64,000 bases of DNA, taken from positions 20,386 to 84,385 of IMG/VR virus record IMGVR_UViG_3300006914_000013. The stretch is one strand, 5' to 3'. The translations under genes and the position numbers were made by a program. Under the pieces are notes generated by a model. That model was not told the DNA's origin, searched no databases, and worked only from the letters and a program-made list of their open reading frames with translations. Numbering within the stretch: the first letter of the stretch is position 1; every line of letters begins with the position of its first letter. Of the stretch, positions 9,952-18,572 are shown one piece after another. The stretch comes from a virus.

Positions 9952-11031
9952 ATGGCTTGGGTAACAAATTTTCTGGATGGCTTCGATCATTACACCGCAG
10001 CGGATGTAGGGGCCAAGTGGGATAACGCCGACCTCAACCCATCCATTTCCACCACGACCTTCCGTAACAGTGGGCAATCCCTGAACATCGGCAGTGGTCC
10101 GGCCGCCCAACAAATGAGCAAGCGGCTGAATATCGCGGCGCGCAACATCGTGTTTGGGATGGGTATTCGGTTTGGGTCCGCGCCTACTGGGACGGCCTTT
10201 TCTGGGTCCGGGGCTTTCGCTGTGTTGACCAACGAGCAGACCTACGGGACCACCACGCAACTCGCCTTCACCTTTGCCTCTGATGGCAAGTTGCATGTCG
10301 GGCGCTGCACGTCTACGGGCTTGTCGTTTGTGGGTGCAACGGACAACTGGGTGGGGACCACCGTTTTTGCCGCAAACACTTGGTATTACTTGGAAGTCCG
10401 GGTCTACATCCACGACACCGCAGGGGCTATCGAAGTTCGGGTCAACGGCGTGGCTGAGATTACGGTTACAGGCGCCGACACCAAGGCCCACGCCACCCTG
10501 GATGCCGCTGAATACTTCCAGATTCGCGGGCTGTCGGTGACTTCCTTCATTGATGATTTTTATGTGCGCACTGAAGCGTCGTCCACCGAAGTCACCGGCG
10601 GCTTTTTGGGCGACATCAAGATCAAACCGTACTACCCCAACGCAGACGGCACGTACACCGCGATGACGTGCAGCACCGGCACCACGCACAACACGCTGGT
10701 GGACGAAACCACGCCCAACACCACCGACTACGTCAGTTCCAGCACCGCCCTGACAAAGGATTCCTACGGTTTCCAGGACGCTTCGGAAACCGGGTCGATC
10801 AAAGCGGTGCAGGTGAGCGCCTACTGCTACAAGGCGGACGCGGGTTTCCGTGGGGCCGAGGTGTTCATCAAATCCGGGGCAACGGAAGTTTTCGGCACCT
10901 CACAGCCGCTGTCCACCAGCGCCAAGTACGTGCAGAAGGTGTTTGAGCAGGACCCCAACACCTCGGCGGACTGGTCGCAGACCAATTTGAACGCGGCCGA
11001 ATTCGGCGTGCGGATCTCGGCGGACGTCTGA
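9952..11031 (+). CDS. Virion/tail protein, concanavalin/LamG-like beta-sandwich
   Basis: Thr/Gly-rich, with ANTWYYLEV...IEVRVNG...FIDDFYV; follows the fibre gene. Confidence 0.6.
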   Translation: MAWVTNFLDGFDHYTAADVGAKWDNADLNPSISTTTFRNSGQSLNIGSGPAAQQMSKRLNIAARNIVFGMGIRFGSAPTGTAFSGSGAFAVLTNEQTYGTTTQLAFTFASDGKLHVGRCTSTGLSFVGATDNWVGTTVFAANTWYYLEVRVYIHDTAGAIEVRVNGVAEITVTGADTKAHATLDAAEYFQIRGLSVTSFIDDFYVRTEASSTEVTGGFLGDIKIKPYYPNADGTYTAMTCSTGTTHNTLVDETTPNTTDYVSSSTALTKDSYGFQDASETGSIKAVQVSAYCYKADAGFRGAEVFIKSGATEVFGTSQPLSTSAKYVQKVFEQDPNTSADWSQTNLNAAEFGVRISADV

Positions 11032-11032
11032 C

Positions 11033-11920
11033 ATGACCACCTACTCGACCAGTTTTGACAGCTACACGGCCGACGTTCAGCCGTCCGACTGGACGGCGCG
11101 GTGGGTCACCACCTCCACCACCTGGCTAACGCGCAGCAAGGCCGCCACGGAAGGTGGCAAGGTGTTGGAGCATACCGCGAGTTCTCAAGCTCGCCACCTG
11201 CTGACCTGGAATGCAATCGACGCCGATGCCAACCGGGCCAACGTCGAGATTCTGGCGAGGGTTCGCCCCAGCACCAGCTCGGTCGAGCTACCGCAACTGA
11301 CGGTCAGGGGCTCAGGGGCAGCGGCGGCCGAGAACGGTTACCTGATCAAGTTCGACCCCAGTAGCATCGGTTACAAGCTGCAAAAATTCGTGGCCGGGGC
11401 CAACACTGACCTGGGCACGTTCGTCAGTTTCAGTCCGACGGCGAACGCTTGGTATTACATCCGTTTCCGGGCCAACGGCACCACCGTGCAGATGCGGATC
11501 TGGAAGGACGGCGAAGTAGAACCCACCGCCTGGAGCGTCACGGTAACTGACTCATCGGTTACGGCGGCCGGGTGGGTGGGGGTAACCCAAATTAGCGCCA
11601 CCGGCACACGAGACATCGACTGGTTCAGTGTCGGCACTAACGGTGACACCGCCCCACTCCCTACCAGCACCGCGACCCAAATCCGGGTCTCGCAGGTGGT
11701 AAATGAGGCGATTCACGCCACCGTAGCGCAAGGCCGCGTCTCGCAGGTGGTAACCGAAGTTATTCACCACACCGTGGCGCAAGCCCGCATTTCGCAGCTG
11801 GTCACCGAAGTGGCGATCAGTGCCCCAATCGACGGCCGTATCAGCCAGATGGTGGTCGAAGTCGCCTTCAGTAACGCCGTCGCCGTCACCCAACAACCAC
11901 GCATGATTGTGTTGACCTGA
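11033..11920 (+). CDS. Virion/tail protein, lectin-like domain plus four 17-aa C-terminal repeats
   Basis: NAWYYIRFRANGTTVQMRIWKDGEVEP lectin-like segment; RxSQxVxE repeats at the end. Confidence 0.6.
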   Translation: MTTYSTSFDSYTADVQPSDWTARWVTTSTTWLTRSKAATEGGKVLEHTASSQARHLLTWNAIDADANRANVEILARVRPSTSSVELPQLTVRGSGAAAAENGYLIKFDPSSIGYKLQKFVAGANTDLGTFVSFSPTANAWYYIRFRANGTTVQMRIWKDGEVEPTAWSVTVTDSSVTAAGWVGVTQISATGTRDIDWFSVGTNGDTAPLPTSTATQIRVSQVVNEAIHATVAQGRVSQVVTEVIHHTVAQARISQLVTEVAISAPIDGRISQMVVEVAFSNAVAVTQQPRMIVLT

Positions 11921-11937
11921 CCCAAGGGGGAGCGCCT

Positions 11938-12321
11938 ATGACAATTGAAGAACGTCGTGCAGCGGGGTATTCACGCCTAGCCCGAGTGGTTACGGCCGTG
12001 TGCAGCGCACTGTGTGTCGCCATCTTGGTCGGGTTCCTGAGCAGCATTCAGGACCTGGTAAAGCAGGCGCCTCTGCTCGCCCTGCACATGGCCACGACCA
12101 ACCAGAAGCTGGACGCCATTGAGAACGAACAGGCGCAAGCCAAGCTGGCGATCGCCTCCCTGACCAAGGACTACACGTCGCGGGAACAGTTACAGAGTGA
12201 GCTAGAAAAGCTCAACGACAAGATCCGCGCCTTGCAGATGCAGCAGGCCGTGATCGAAATGATTTTGAAATCGGGGAAGGCCGGGCCAACCCGGCAGGGG
12301 GGTGGGTATGGGCAGTCCTGA
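11938..12321 (+). CDS. Membrane-anchored coiled-coil protein (lysis-module position)
   Basis: One N-terminal TM (VVTAVCSALCVAILVGFL) then a coiled coil; GGGGGAG RBS. Confidence 0.6.
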   Translation: MTIEERRAAGYSRLARVVTAVCSALCVAILVGFLSSIQDLVKQAPLLALHMATTNQKLDAIENEQAQAKLAIASLTKDYTSREQLQSELEKLNDKIRALQMQQAVIEMILKSGKAGPTRQGGGYGQS

Positions 12322-12562
12322 AGCACGACAAGCACTGTTGAACTTGCTGATGCGCTACCTGCAACAGCCGTCAACCTGGCAGGGGCTGGCTTTGGGCCTC
12401 GGCTCCCTGTCGGCCTACCTCGGGGTGCCGGTGGAACAAGCGGCGGCGGGGGTCGCCCTGGTCATCGCGTTGATCCTGATCTTTCGCGACGAGCGCAAGC
12501 CGACCGAGGTGATCGAGGACGCGGTGGCCAAGGCGCTGGATGACAAGGTCGACAAGTCATGA
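12308..12562 (+). CDS. Putative holin
   Basis: 84 aa, two TM segments, YLQQPSTWQGL motif and charged C-terminal tail. Confidence 0.6.
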   Translation: MGSPEARQALLNLLMRYLQQPSTWQGLALGLGSLSAYLGVPVEQAAAGVALVIALILIFRDERKPTEVIEDAVAKALDDKVDKS

Positions 12563-13017
12563 GCGCCTTCCAGTTCATCAGCCTGCTCAACTTGCAGGAA
12601 TACACCCCACGCGGGGTGCCCGTACCAGATGAGTGGGTGGTGACTGACCCGCTGATCGGGCTGCGCACCTACGCCGGCAAGGTCGACAAGATCATTGCCC
12701 CCCGGGGCTTTATCACTGACCTAGCGTCGATCCCGCGCCCGTTCCGTGGGGTGTTCAACGTCAACGGGCTGTTGCGTGCCCCGGCGGTGCTGCATGACTG
12801 GCTGTACTGTTCGCAGCGCTACAGCCGGGCCGAGGCGGACGCGATCTTTCTGGAGGCCATGGAGGCCCGGGGCATCGACAAGGCCACCCGCTACGCCGTG
12901 TATGCGACCGTGCGGGCGTTCGGCTGGCGCTACTACAACAAACGTAAAGCAGCCCTCGGCCTGAGCGCCGAGGATTTTGTACCGCCGGGCTACTTCACCG
13001 TCGCAAGTGCGACATAA
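12559..13017 (+). CDS. DUF1353 family protein
   Basis: PRGFITDLASIP...PAVLHDWLY...RAEADAIFLEAM...VRAFG signature. Confidence 0.85.
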   Translation: MSAFQFISLLNLQEYTPRGVPVPDEWVVTDPLIGLRTYAGKVDKIIAPRGFITDLASIPRPFRGVFNVNGLLRAPAVLHDWLYCSQRYSRAEADAIFLEAMEARGIDKATRYAVYATVRAFGWRYYNKRKAALGLSAEDFVPPGYFTVASAT

Positions 13018-13219
13018 CCCGGCGTTCATGGTCCATGCGACAGTCCACATCGCAATAGCGCCCCTCCGTGATGGGCGCCTCGCAGTTCAAACACTCCCCC
13101 GTACACGTCGCCATCACCTTCTGGTGGTGAGCGGCGGCTGCCCGGTGCTGGCGCAGCAGCAAGTCCTCGATCAGTTCCTGTTCATCCCCGGCGGCATCGG
13201 CGGCATCGGTCATGGTCAA
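12995..13219 (-). CDS. DksA/TraR-like C4 zinc-finger protein
   Basis: N-terminal DAADAA, then CLNC...CDVDC. Confidence 0.65.
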   Translation of the reverse strand: MTMTDAADAAGDEQELIEDLLLRQHRAAAAHHQKVMATCTGECLNCEAPITEGRYCDVDCRMDHERRVMSHLRR

Positions 13220-15423
13220 ATCTCCAGCGTGTTGTCGAATACGGTGGCGTCCATTTCCCTGTGCGTCACCATCACCACCTGTTTGCCGCTGCCAGCGAGC
13301 AGGGTACTGAAAGCCAGCGCACGCTCCGGGTCCATGTCGGCGGTCGGTTCATCCATCAGCACCAGGTTCAGCGGCGACAGCGCAGCGGCATCGAGCGCCA
13401 GTTGCACGGCGGTGCCGATGATCGCCAGCTGGGCGCCCGAGGCTTCGGCCTGCTCCATTTCGAAACCGTCCTCGACGAAGGTGAAGGCGCCGTCTTCGCC
13501 CCGGCTGATTGACTCGATCACCCCGCCGGTGGCGTTGCTGGCGAACATCGAGGCGCTGGCCATGAACACGTCCCATACCTGTTTGCTGTAGCGATCACGG
13601 TTGCTGCGGATGTGCCCCAGCAGTTCGGTGAGCAGGCTGACCTTCTGCGCCGCCTGTTCGTGCTGGCGATTGCGCTCGACCACGGTGGCCAGCGTGCGTT
13701 CCAGCGCGACCCGCTGTTCGTGGATGCCGTGCTTGAGGTTGGACAGAACCCCGATCTGTTCCTGCAGGCGGCGGATCTGGCCATCGCAGGCGTCAACCTT
13801 CTCGCGGTGATGCCGCAGGGCGGTGGGCAGGTCGACCCCAACCACCTGGTGCTGGATTTCGGTCTGGTGCAGCTCGGCTTTGGCGTTGGCCAGCCACTGA
13901 TTGCGCTGCGTGGCGTTGCCTTCGGCCACGGCCAGCGCCTGGCGCAGGGTGGCTTGGCGCTGCGCGTCCTGCCGGCCGGTGCTGATCTGCGCGTCCAGCG
14001 CCTCGATCTGCGGCGCGAGCGATTCAGCTGGCGGCATCGTCAGGGAGTCACGGGCGGCCTGATCGAGCTGGTCGCTCAGCCGGTTGCACGTCACCTGGTG
14101 CAGATGCACCGAGTTTTCTGCCTGACGCAGACCTTCTTCGACACGGGCCAGGTTCTGGCGGTAGTTGGTTTCGGCCTGCAAGGCGTCCCGGGCCAACTGG
14201 GCCGCCGCCAGTTTCTCGCGCCAGGTCTCTTGGTGCTCGCGCACCTGCTCGGCGTGATCATGGGGGTTGAAGGCGTCAAACGGCCGCTTGCATCCACTGC
14301 ACACGCCATTCTTGCCCGCCTCGATCAGCGCTTCCAGCCTGTCGCCTGCGCTTTGCTTGTCGGCCTCGGCCTGCGCGGCGACCATGCGCAGTTCCTCCAG
14401 ATCCGCCCCGCCTTCGCGGCGAAACGCCTTGAGGTCGTCGCGGTAGGGCGCGGCTTTCCTGACCGCCGCCTGCAACTCCACCTGGGCTGACTCCAGATCC
14501 TGCTGCAACTGCTTGACCAGGTTGCGCGCCTGCTTGCCTTCCATGGCCTGCTCGCGCAGATCCTTGAGCTGTAGTTCCAGATCCACCAGGCTTTCGGTGG
14601 TCAGCGGGTGCCCGCGGAACTGCGCGAGCTGCTGCTGGGCGCCTTCCAGTGCGGCCTGACTGGCGGTTGCCTCGCGCTCGGCCTGGCGCAGCGTGGTCAC
14701 GGCGCCGAACACAGCGGTTTGCGCCTGAGACAGGCGGCGTTCGTTGTCTTCGCTGATGCCTCGCTGGCGTTTGGCCTCGGTCAGGTCGCTGTTCAGCTGC
14801 GTCAGGTCGATGGCCAGCTGGGTTTCCTCGCCCAGCCAGTTCATCACCTGCACCTGCTGTTCGTCGATGTCGGTCAGGGTCGTTTCATCCTGCAAGAGTT
14901 TCCAGGTCTTGAGCTGCCCCCCTACCCGCTCCATCACCTGACTGACCCGCTCCAGCCCGGTCAGCTCGGTGATGATCTTGAACAACTCAGTGCTGCCCAC
15001 TTCCAGCAGGGCGCTGGCCTTGCGCTGCTTGGCGTACTTGATCTGCGCGAAGCGCTTGAGCGGCATGCCCAGCAGGCGGGCGACTGCCTGATTCACTGGC
15101 GTGGTGCCGGTGGCCACCGGCTGTTCAGTGCCGTCCGGGCACAGCTCGGTCAGGCTGGCGCCGGTCTTGGTGCGCTCGATCCGGTACCGGCCGATGTTGC
15201 CGAAGGACAGCCACAGCGATTGTTTGAACCCGGTGTTGGTGCCCCGGGTTTGCAGACGGGTGCCGGGGACCAGCCGCGCCCCACCCAGGCAGTACAGAAT
15301 CCCGTACAGCACGGTGGTTTTGCCCCGGTAGTTCGGCCCTGTCACCCCATTCAACCCAGCGGTGAAGTCCAGCACCAGGTGCTCATGCTTCTTGAAGTTG
15401 TTGAGTTCCAGGCGCTCTAACAT
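13216..15423 (-). CDS. sbcC: SbcC/Rad50-like SMC ATPase (recombination nuclease subunit)
   Basis: LELNNFKKH, Walker A GPNYRGKT, coiled coil with CSGC zinc hook, ASGAQ signature, LMDEPTADMD, VTH. Confidence 0.9.
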   Translation of the reverse strand: MLERLELNNFKKHEHLVLDFTAGLNGVTGPNYRGKTTVLYGILYCLGGARLVPGTRLQTRGTNTGFKQSLWLSFGNIGRYRIERTKTGASLTELCPDGTEQPVATGTTPVNQAVARLLGMPLKRFAQIKYAKQRKASALLEVGSTELFKIITELTGLERVSQVMERVGGQLKTWKLLQDETTLTDIDEQQVQVMNWLGEETQLAIDLTQLNSDLTEAKRQRGISEDNERRLSQAQTAVFGAVTTLRQAEREATASQAALEGAQQQLAQFRGHPLTTESLVDLELQLKDLREQAMEGKQARNLVKQLQQDLESAQVELQAAVRKAAPYRDDLKAFRREGGADLEELRMVAAQAEADKQSAGDRLEALIEAGKNGVCSGCKRPFDAFNPHDHAEQVREHQETWREKLAAAQLARDALQAETNYRQNLARVEEGLRQAENSVHLHQVTCNRLSDQLDQAARDSLTMPPAESLAPQIEALDAQISTGRQDAQRQATLRQALAVAEGNATQRNQWLANAKAELHQTEIQHQVVGVDLPTALRHHREKVDACDGQIRRLQEQIGVLSNLKHGIHEQRVALERTLATVVERNRQHEQAAQKVSLLTELLGHIRSNRDRYSKQVWDVFMASASMFASNATGGVIESISRGEDGAFTFVEDGFEMEQAEASGAQLAIIGTAVQLALDAAALSPLNLVLMDEPTADMDPERALAFSTLLAGSGKQVVMVTHREMDATVFDNTLEI

Positions 15424-15713
15424 TACGCGGCCTCCACGACGTGGATGGTCAGGTCGATGTCCATGCGTTCGCCGATTTCCCGGATCGCCCGGCGCAGGCG
15501 CTTCAGCGTCTCGGCGTTGCAGTCATCGAGCGTCACGGCCGAGTAGCCCTGCAGGCTGGCGAGCACGATGCGGCGGCGGATGTAGGCCAGGGTCGCGGTC
15601 GGGCCGATGTCCAGCACCGCCTTGCCGTTGGCCACGTAGTCCGCGGTGAGCTGGCGCAGCTTGGTGGTTTTGCCGCTGGCCCGTGGGCCACTGATGATGT
15701 CCAGTTTCATCAT
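15423..15713 (-). CDS. Minimal P-loop NTPase-like protein
   Basis: IISGPRASGKTT Walker A and AVTLDD Walker-B-like motif in 96 aa; coupled to both neighbours. Confidence 0.65.
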   Translation of the reverse strand: MMKLDIISGPRASGKTTKLRQLTADYVANGKAVLDIGPTATLAYIRRRIVLASLQGYSAVTLDDCNAETLKRLRRAIREIGERMDIDLTIHVVEAA

Positions 15714-16801
15714 GCTTCCTCTTCTTGCAGGGAGGGCGCGGTGTCGGCCCAAAAGGCGTCAAACAGCTCGACCAGCTCGGGGCGCTTGATCAGCTCGGCG
15801 CGGATCTGCATGTCCAGCTGGTGGAAATCGTGGTCGGCCAGCGTCTCGCCGGTGCCCGGCTTGATCACCTCGGCGGTGTTGCGCACGGCCAGCGGTGCCC
15901 AGCTCTGCCAAATCTTGCGCACGGCGCGGGCCAGATCCATCACCTGACTGGCCTGCAACTCGCCGCTGATTTCGATGAACTGCGCGCCGTTTTCCTCATC
16001 GAAGTTGAAGTCCGGGGCGACCAGGTCGTTCACGTCCAGGTGCAGGTAGCCAGAATCGCGGTGCCATACCGTGTGGAATTCGTGCTTGCCGTCCGGGCGG
16101 ATCAGCATCACGCGCTTGTCGGTGATGTCGCCGAAGCCGGTCGGGTGGGTGTTGCCGAGGATCACCACGCGGCCATCGAAGTCCTCGCGGGGATGGTGGT
16201 CGTGGCCGACCAGGATGTAATCGAAGCCAGCATCGAGCAGCTGCTTGGCCTGCTTGCGGCTGAGCGACAGCGCGGTGTCGTCGGTGGCAAAGCCCGAGTC
16301 GTAGTTGCAGTGGACACACAGGTAGGCCTTGGTCCCGGCCACCTTGCCGCGCACCCAGTTCTCGGCGGCGGCCAGCGATTCATGGAAAAGCTTGTCGGTG
16401 CTGTGGTGCGGGATGAACAGGAAGGACACCCCGGGGCGCACGTCGTGAAGAAAGCCCCGGGCCTCGCCGAACGGTGTCAGCTGGATCACCCCCGGCCGGG
16501 CCTTGTCCATCAACTGCAAGGTGCCGAGGCGGCCCCGGTCGTTCACCAGGTCGTGGTTGCCCGCCATGATGTAATCCACCATGTCGGCCAGGCGCATCCC
16601 CTGCCAGATCACGTCTTCCGGGTTGGTGAAGCGGTCGAACAGGTCGCCCAGGCAGGCCTTGATCGCATGCGGAAAGCTATCGACCAGCCCACGGTTGTGG
16701 TAGTAGATCCCGTCCCGTAACCGGCGGCGGCTGTCCAGGGTGGTGTGGGACACCAGATTCTTGCCCAGGTGCGGGTCGGTGAAGACAAGGATGTCGGTCA
16801 T
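15710..16801 (-). CDS. sbcD: SbcD/Mre11-like metallophosphoesterase nuclease
   Basis: FTDPHLG, LGDLFD, AGNHD and GHDH motifs; next to the SbcC-like gene. Confidence 0.9.
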   Translation of the reverse strand: MTDILVFTDPHLGKNLVSHTTLDSRRRLRDGIYYHNRGLVDSFPHAIKACLGDLFDRFTNPEDVIWQGMRLADMVDYIMAGNHDLVNDRGRLGTLQLMDKARPGVIQLTPFGEARGFLHDVRPGVSFLFIPHHSTDKLFHESLAAAENWVRGKVAGTKAYLCVHCNYDSGFATDDTALSLSRKQAKQLLDAGFDYILVGHDHHPREDFDGRVVILGNTHPTGFGDITDKRVMLIRPDGKHEFHTVWHRDSGYLHLDVNDLVAPDFNFDEENGAQFIEISGELQASQVMDLARAVRKIWQSWAPLAVRNTAEVIKPGTGETLADHDFHQLDMQIRAELIKRPELVELFDAFWADTAPSLQEEEA

Positions 16802-17295
16802 CTGAAAACCTTCTTCGCGGTGTACCGCGGGTTGTGCAAAAGTGCGGCGGTAAAGGCAGCCTTGAACGCCTCAAAGTCGGGGAAGGTGTCGCAGATCCCT
16901 TCGGCCTTGAGGCGCATGTGGGGCGCGTGGCGGACGTGGGCGACGGCTTCCCCGTCCCACAGCTCGATCGCCCCGGTGCTTTGCTGCCAGAACAGAACGT
17001 GGGTACTGGCGCCGGCTCGCGCCCAAATTTTCAGGTGGGCGGCCTGGTGGTTGCCCAGCAGCTTCGACAGGCCGGCGGTCAGGCTGCTATGCACCTCGCT
17101 CGACTTCAGTTCGAACAGGTGGCAGATCCCCCTGAAACAGGCGATCGTGTCGCCCGGCTGGTCCGGCAGGAAGGCGCCGGCCGAGTGCGTGTCATAGAAC
17201 CGGGCGCTGGCCAGTGGGTGTTTCTGCATCAGTTCCTTGAGGAACAGCCGAAACGCTTCTTCGAACTCCTTGCCCTTCTCTTGAGGTGTCTTCAT
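16798..17295 (-). CDS. RecU-like/PD-(D/E)xK Holliday junction resolvase
   Basis: GKEFEEAF...QPGD...LFELKS...HQAAHL pattern. Confidence 0.65.
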   Translation of the reverse strand: MKTPQEKGKEFEEAFRLFLKELMQKHPLASARFYDTHSAGAFLPDQPGDTIACFRGICHLFELKSSEVHSSLTAGLSKLLGNHQAAHLKIWARAGASTHVLFWQQSTGAIELWDGEAVAHVRHAPHMRLKAEGICDTFPDFEAFKAAFTAALLHNPRYTAKKVFR

Positions 17296-18572
17296 TTGCT
17301 GATCGCCAGAATCCGACGTGGGCGGGTGCAGGCCACGTTCAGGCACTGCAAGGATTCGATGTAGTTTCGGTTGAGCAGGATGTCGGCCGAGTCCACGAAC
17401 ACACTCTCGTAGGTCGACCCCTGTGCGCGGTGCGCGGTGATGGCGTGGCTGGGGCGCACGTCATGGATGACTTCCTTGGCCTTCCAGAAGGCTGGCCAGC
17501 CCCCGCTGCCGGTCTTGGCGCGTTCCGACAGTTCGTTGAGCAGGCGCTTGTAAGCCCGTTCGGATGTCTGGTGGATGACCCAGCAGGTCACCAGCATGTG
17601 GTCATCCATTTCCGGGCGGACTTCGACGCGGTAGCAGGTCAGTTCGCTGTACATCGGGTGCTGCTGCACGTCGATGGAGAACACCGTGCCTTCCTCGTCG
17701 GTGGTCATCAGCGTCTCTTTGCCGTCCACCGACATGATCGGCTGGCACACCACCACCCGTTCGCCCGGCTGGAACGGCGCCTCGGCGGCCAGCTTGGCGC
17801 CGTACATGGCATCCCGGATCAGGGCGTTGTACATGGCCACGGTGTCGTTACGCCACGCGATCACCTTGATCGAGCCCGGATCGGCCCGGTAGCTGTCGCT
17901 GTTGAACGCATCCACCGCCTTTTTCCGCAGGCGCTTGTAGTCGAGCAGGTAGACCCCGCCGCGTTCATCGTTGGCGCTGAACAGGTTCAGGGCCTCGCCG
18001 TGCAGGATGCAGTCGCGCATGTGCGTGGCAAAGGTCAGGATCTGGTTGTCGTGGCGCTCGACCTTGTCCAGCTGCCAGCGGTTCTCGATGTCGAACACCT
18101 CTGAGCGTTCTTCTCCCACTGGCGGCAACTGGGTCACGTCGGCCATGAACAGGAACTTGACGCCTTCGTTCTTGGCAGTGCGCTTGATGTGGTACATCAG
18201 CCCCGAGTTCGACATCGAGCCTTCATCGACCACCACCACCTGGTAGTTGCTGGCCTGGTTGAAGGCGTCGGCGGCTCGCACCTGGCGCACTTCCCCGCTG
18301 TTGTCCATGCGCAGGCCGAGCAGGGAGTAGATCGTGCGGCACGGGACCAGCCCCTGCAGCTCGGTCTCGCACATCTGCTTGAGCACCTTGGTCGCCTTGT
18401 TGGTCGGCGCGGTGAACACCACGCTTTGGTCCGTCTCGCGGGCGAAGGTCTGCGCGCTGGTGGACTTGCCGGTACCGGCGCGGCCATCGAGCAGGAAGAA
18501 CGAATCGTCGCTCTCGGCAAACTCCAGCATGCGGTCGACGCCGCCGCGCTGGTCACTGTTCAACTGGATCAT
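17292..18572 (-). CDS. Dda/RecD-like SF1B DNA helicase
   Basis: GRAGTGKS, APTNKA, VVDEGSM, QLPPV, AITAHRAQGST, VACTR. Confidence 0.9.
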   Translation of the reverse strand: MIQLNSDQRGGVDRMLEFAESDDSFFLLDGRAGTGKSTSAQTFARETDQSVVFTAPTNKATKVLKQMCETELQGLVPCRTIYSLLGLRMDNSGEVRQVRAADAFNQASNYQVVVVDEGSMSNSGLMYHIKRTAKNEGVKFLFMADVTQLPPVGEERSEVFDIENRWQLDKVERHDNQILTFATHMRDCILHGEALNLFSANDERGGVYLLDYKRLRKKAVDAFNSDSYRADPGSIKVIAWRNDTVAMYNALIRDAMYGAKLAAEAPFQPGERVVVCQPIMSVDGKETLMTTDEEGTVFSIDVQQHPMYSELTCYRVEVRPEMDDHMLVTCWVIHQTSERAYKRLLNELSERAKTGSGGWPAFWKAKEVIHDVRPSHAITAHRAQGSTYESVFVDSADILLNRNYIESLQCLNVACTRPRRILAISK

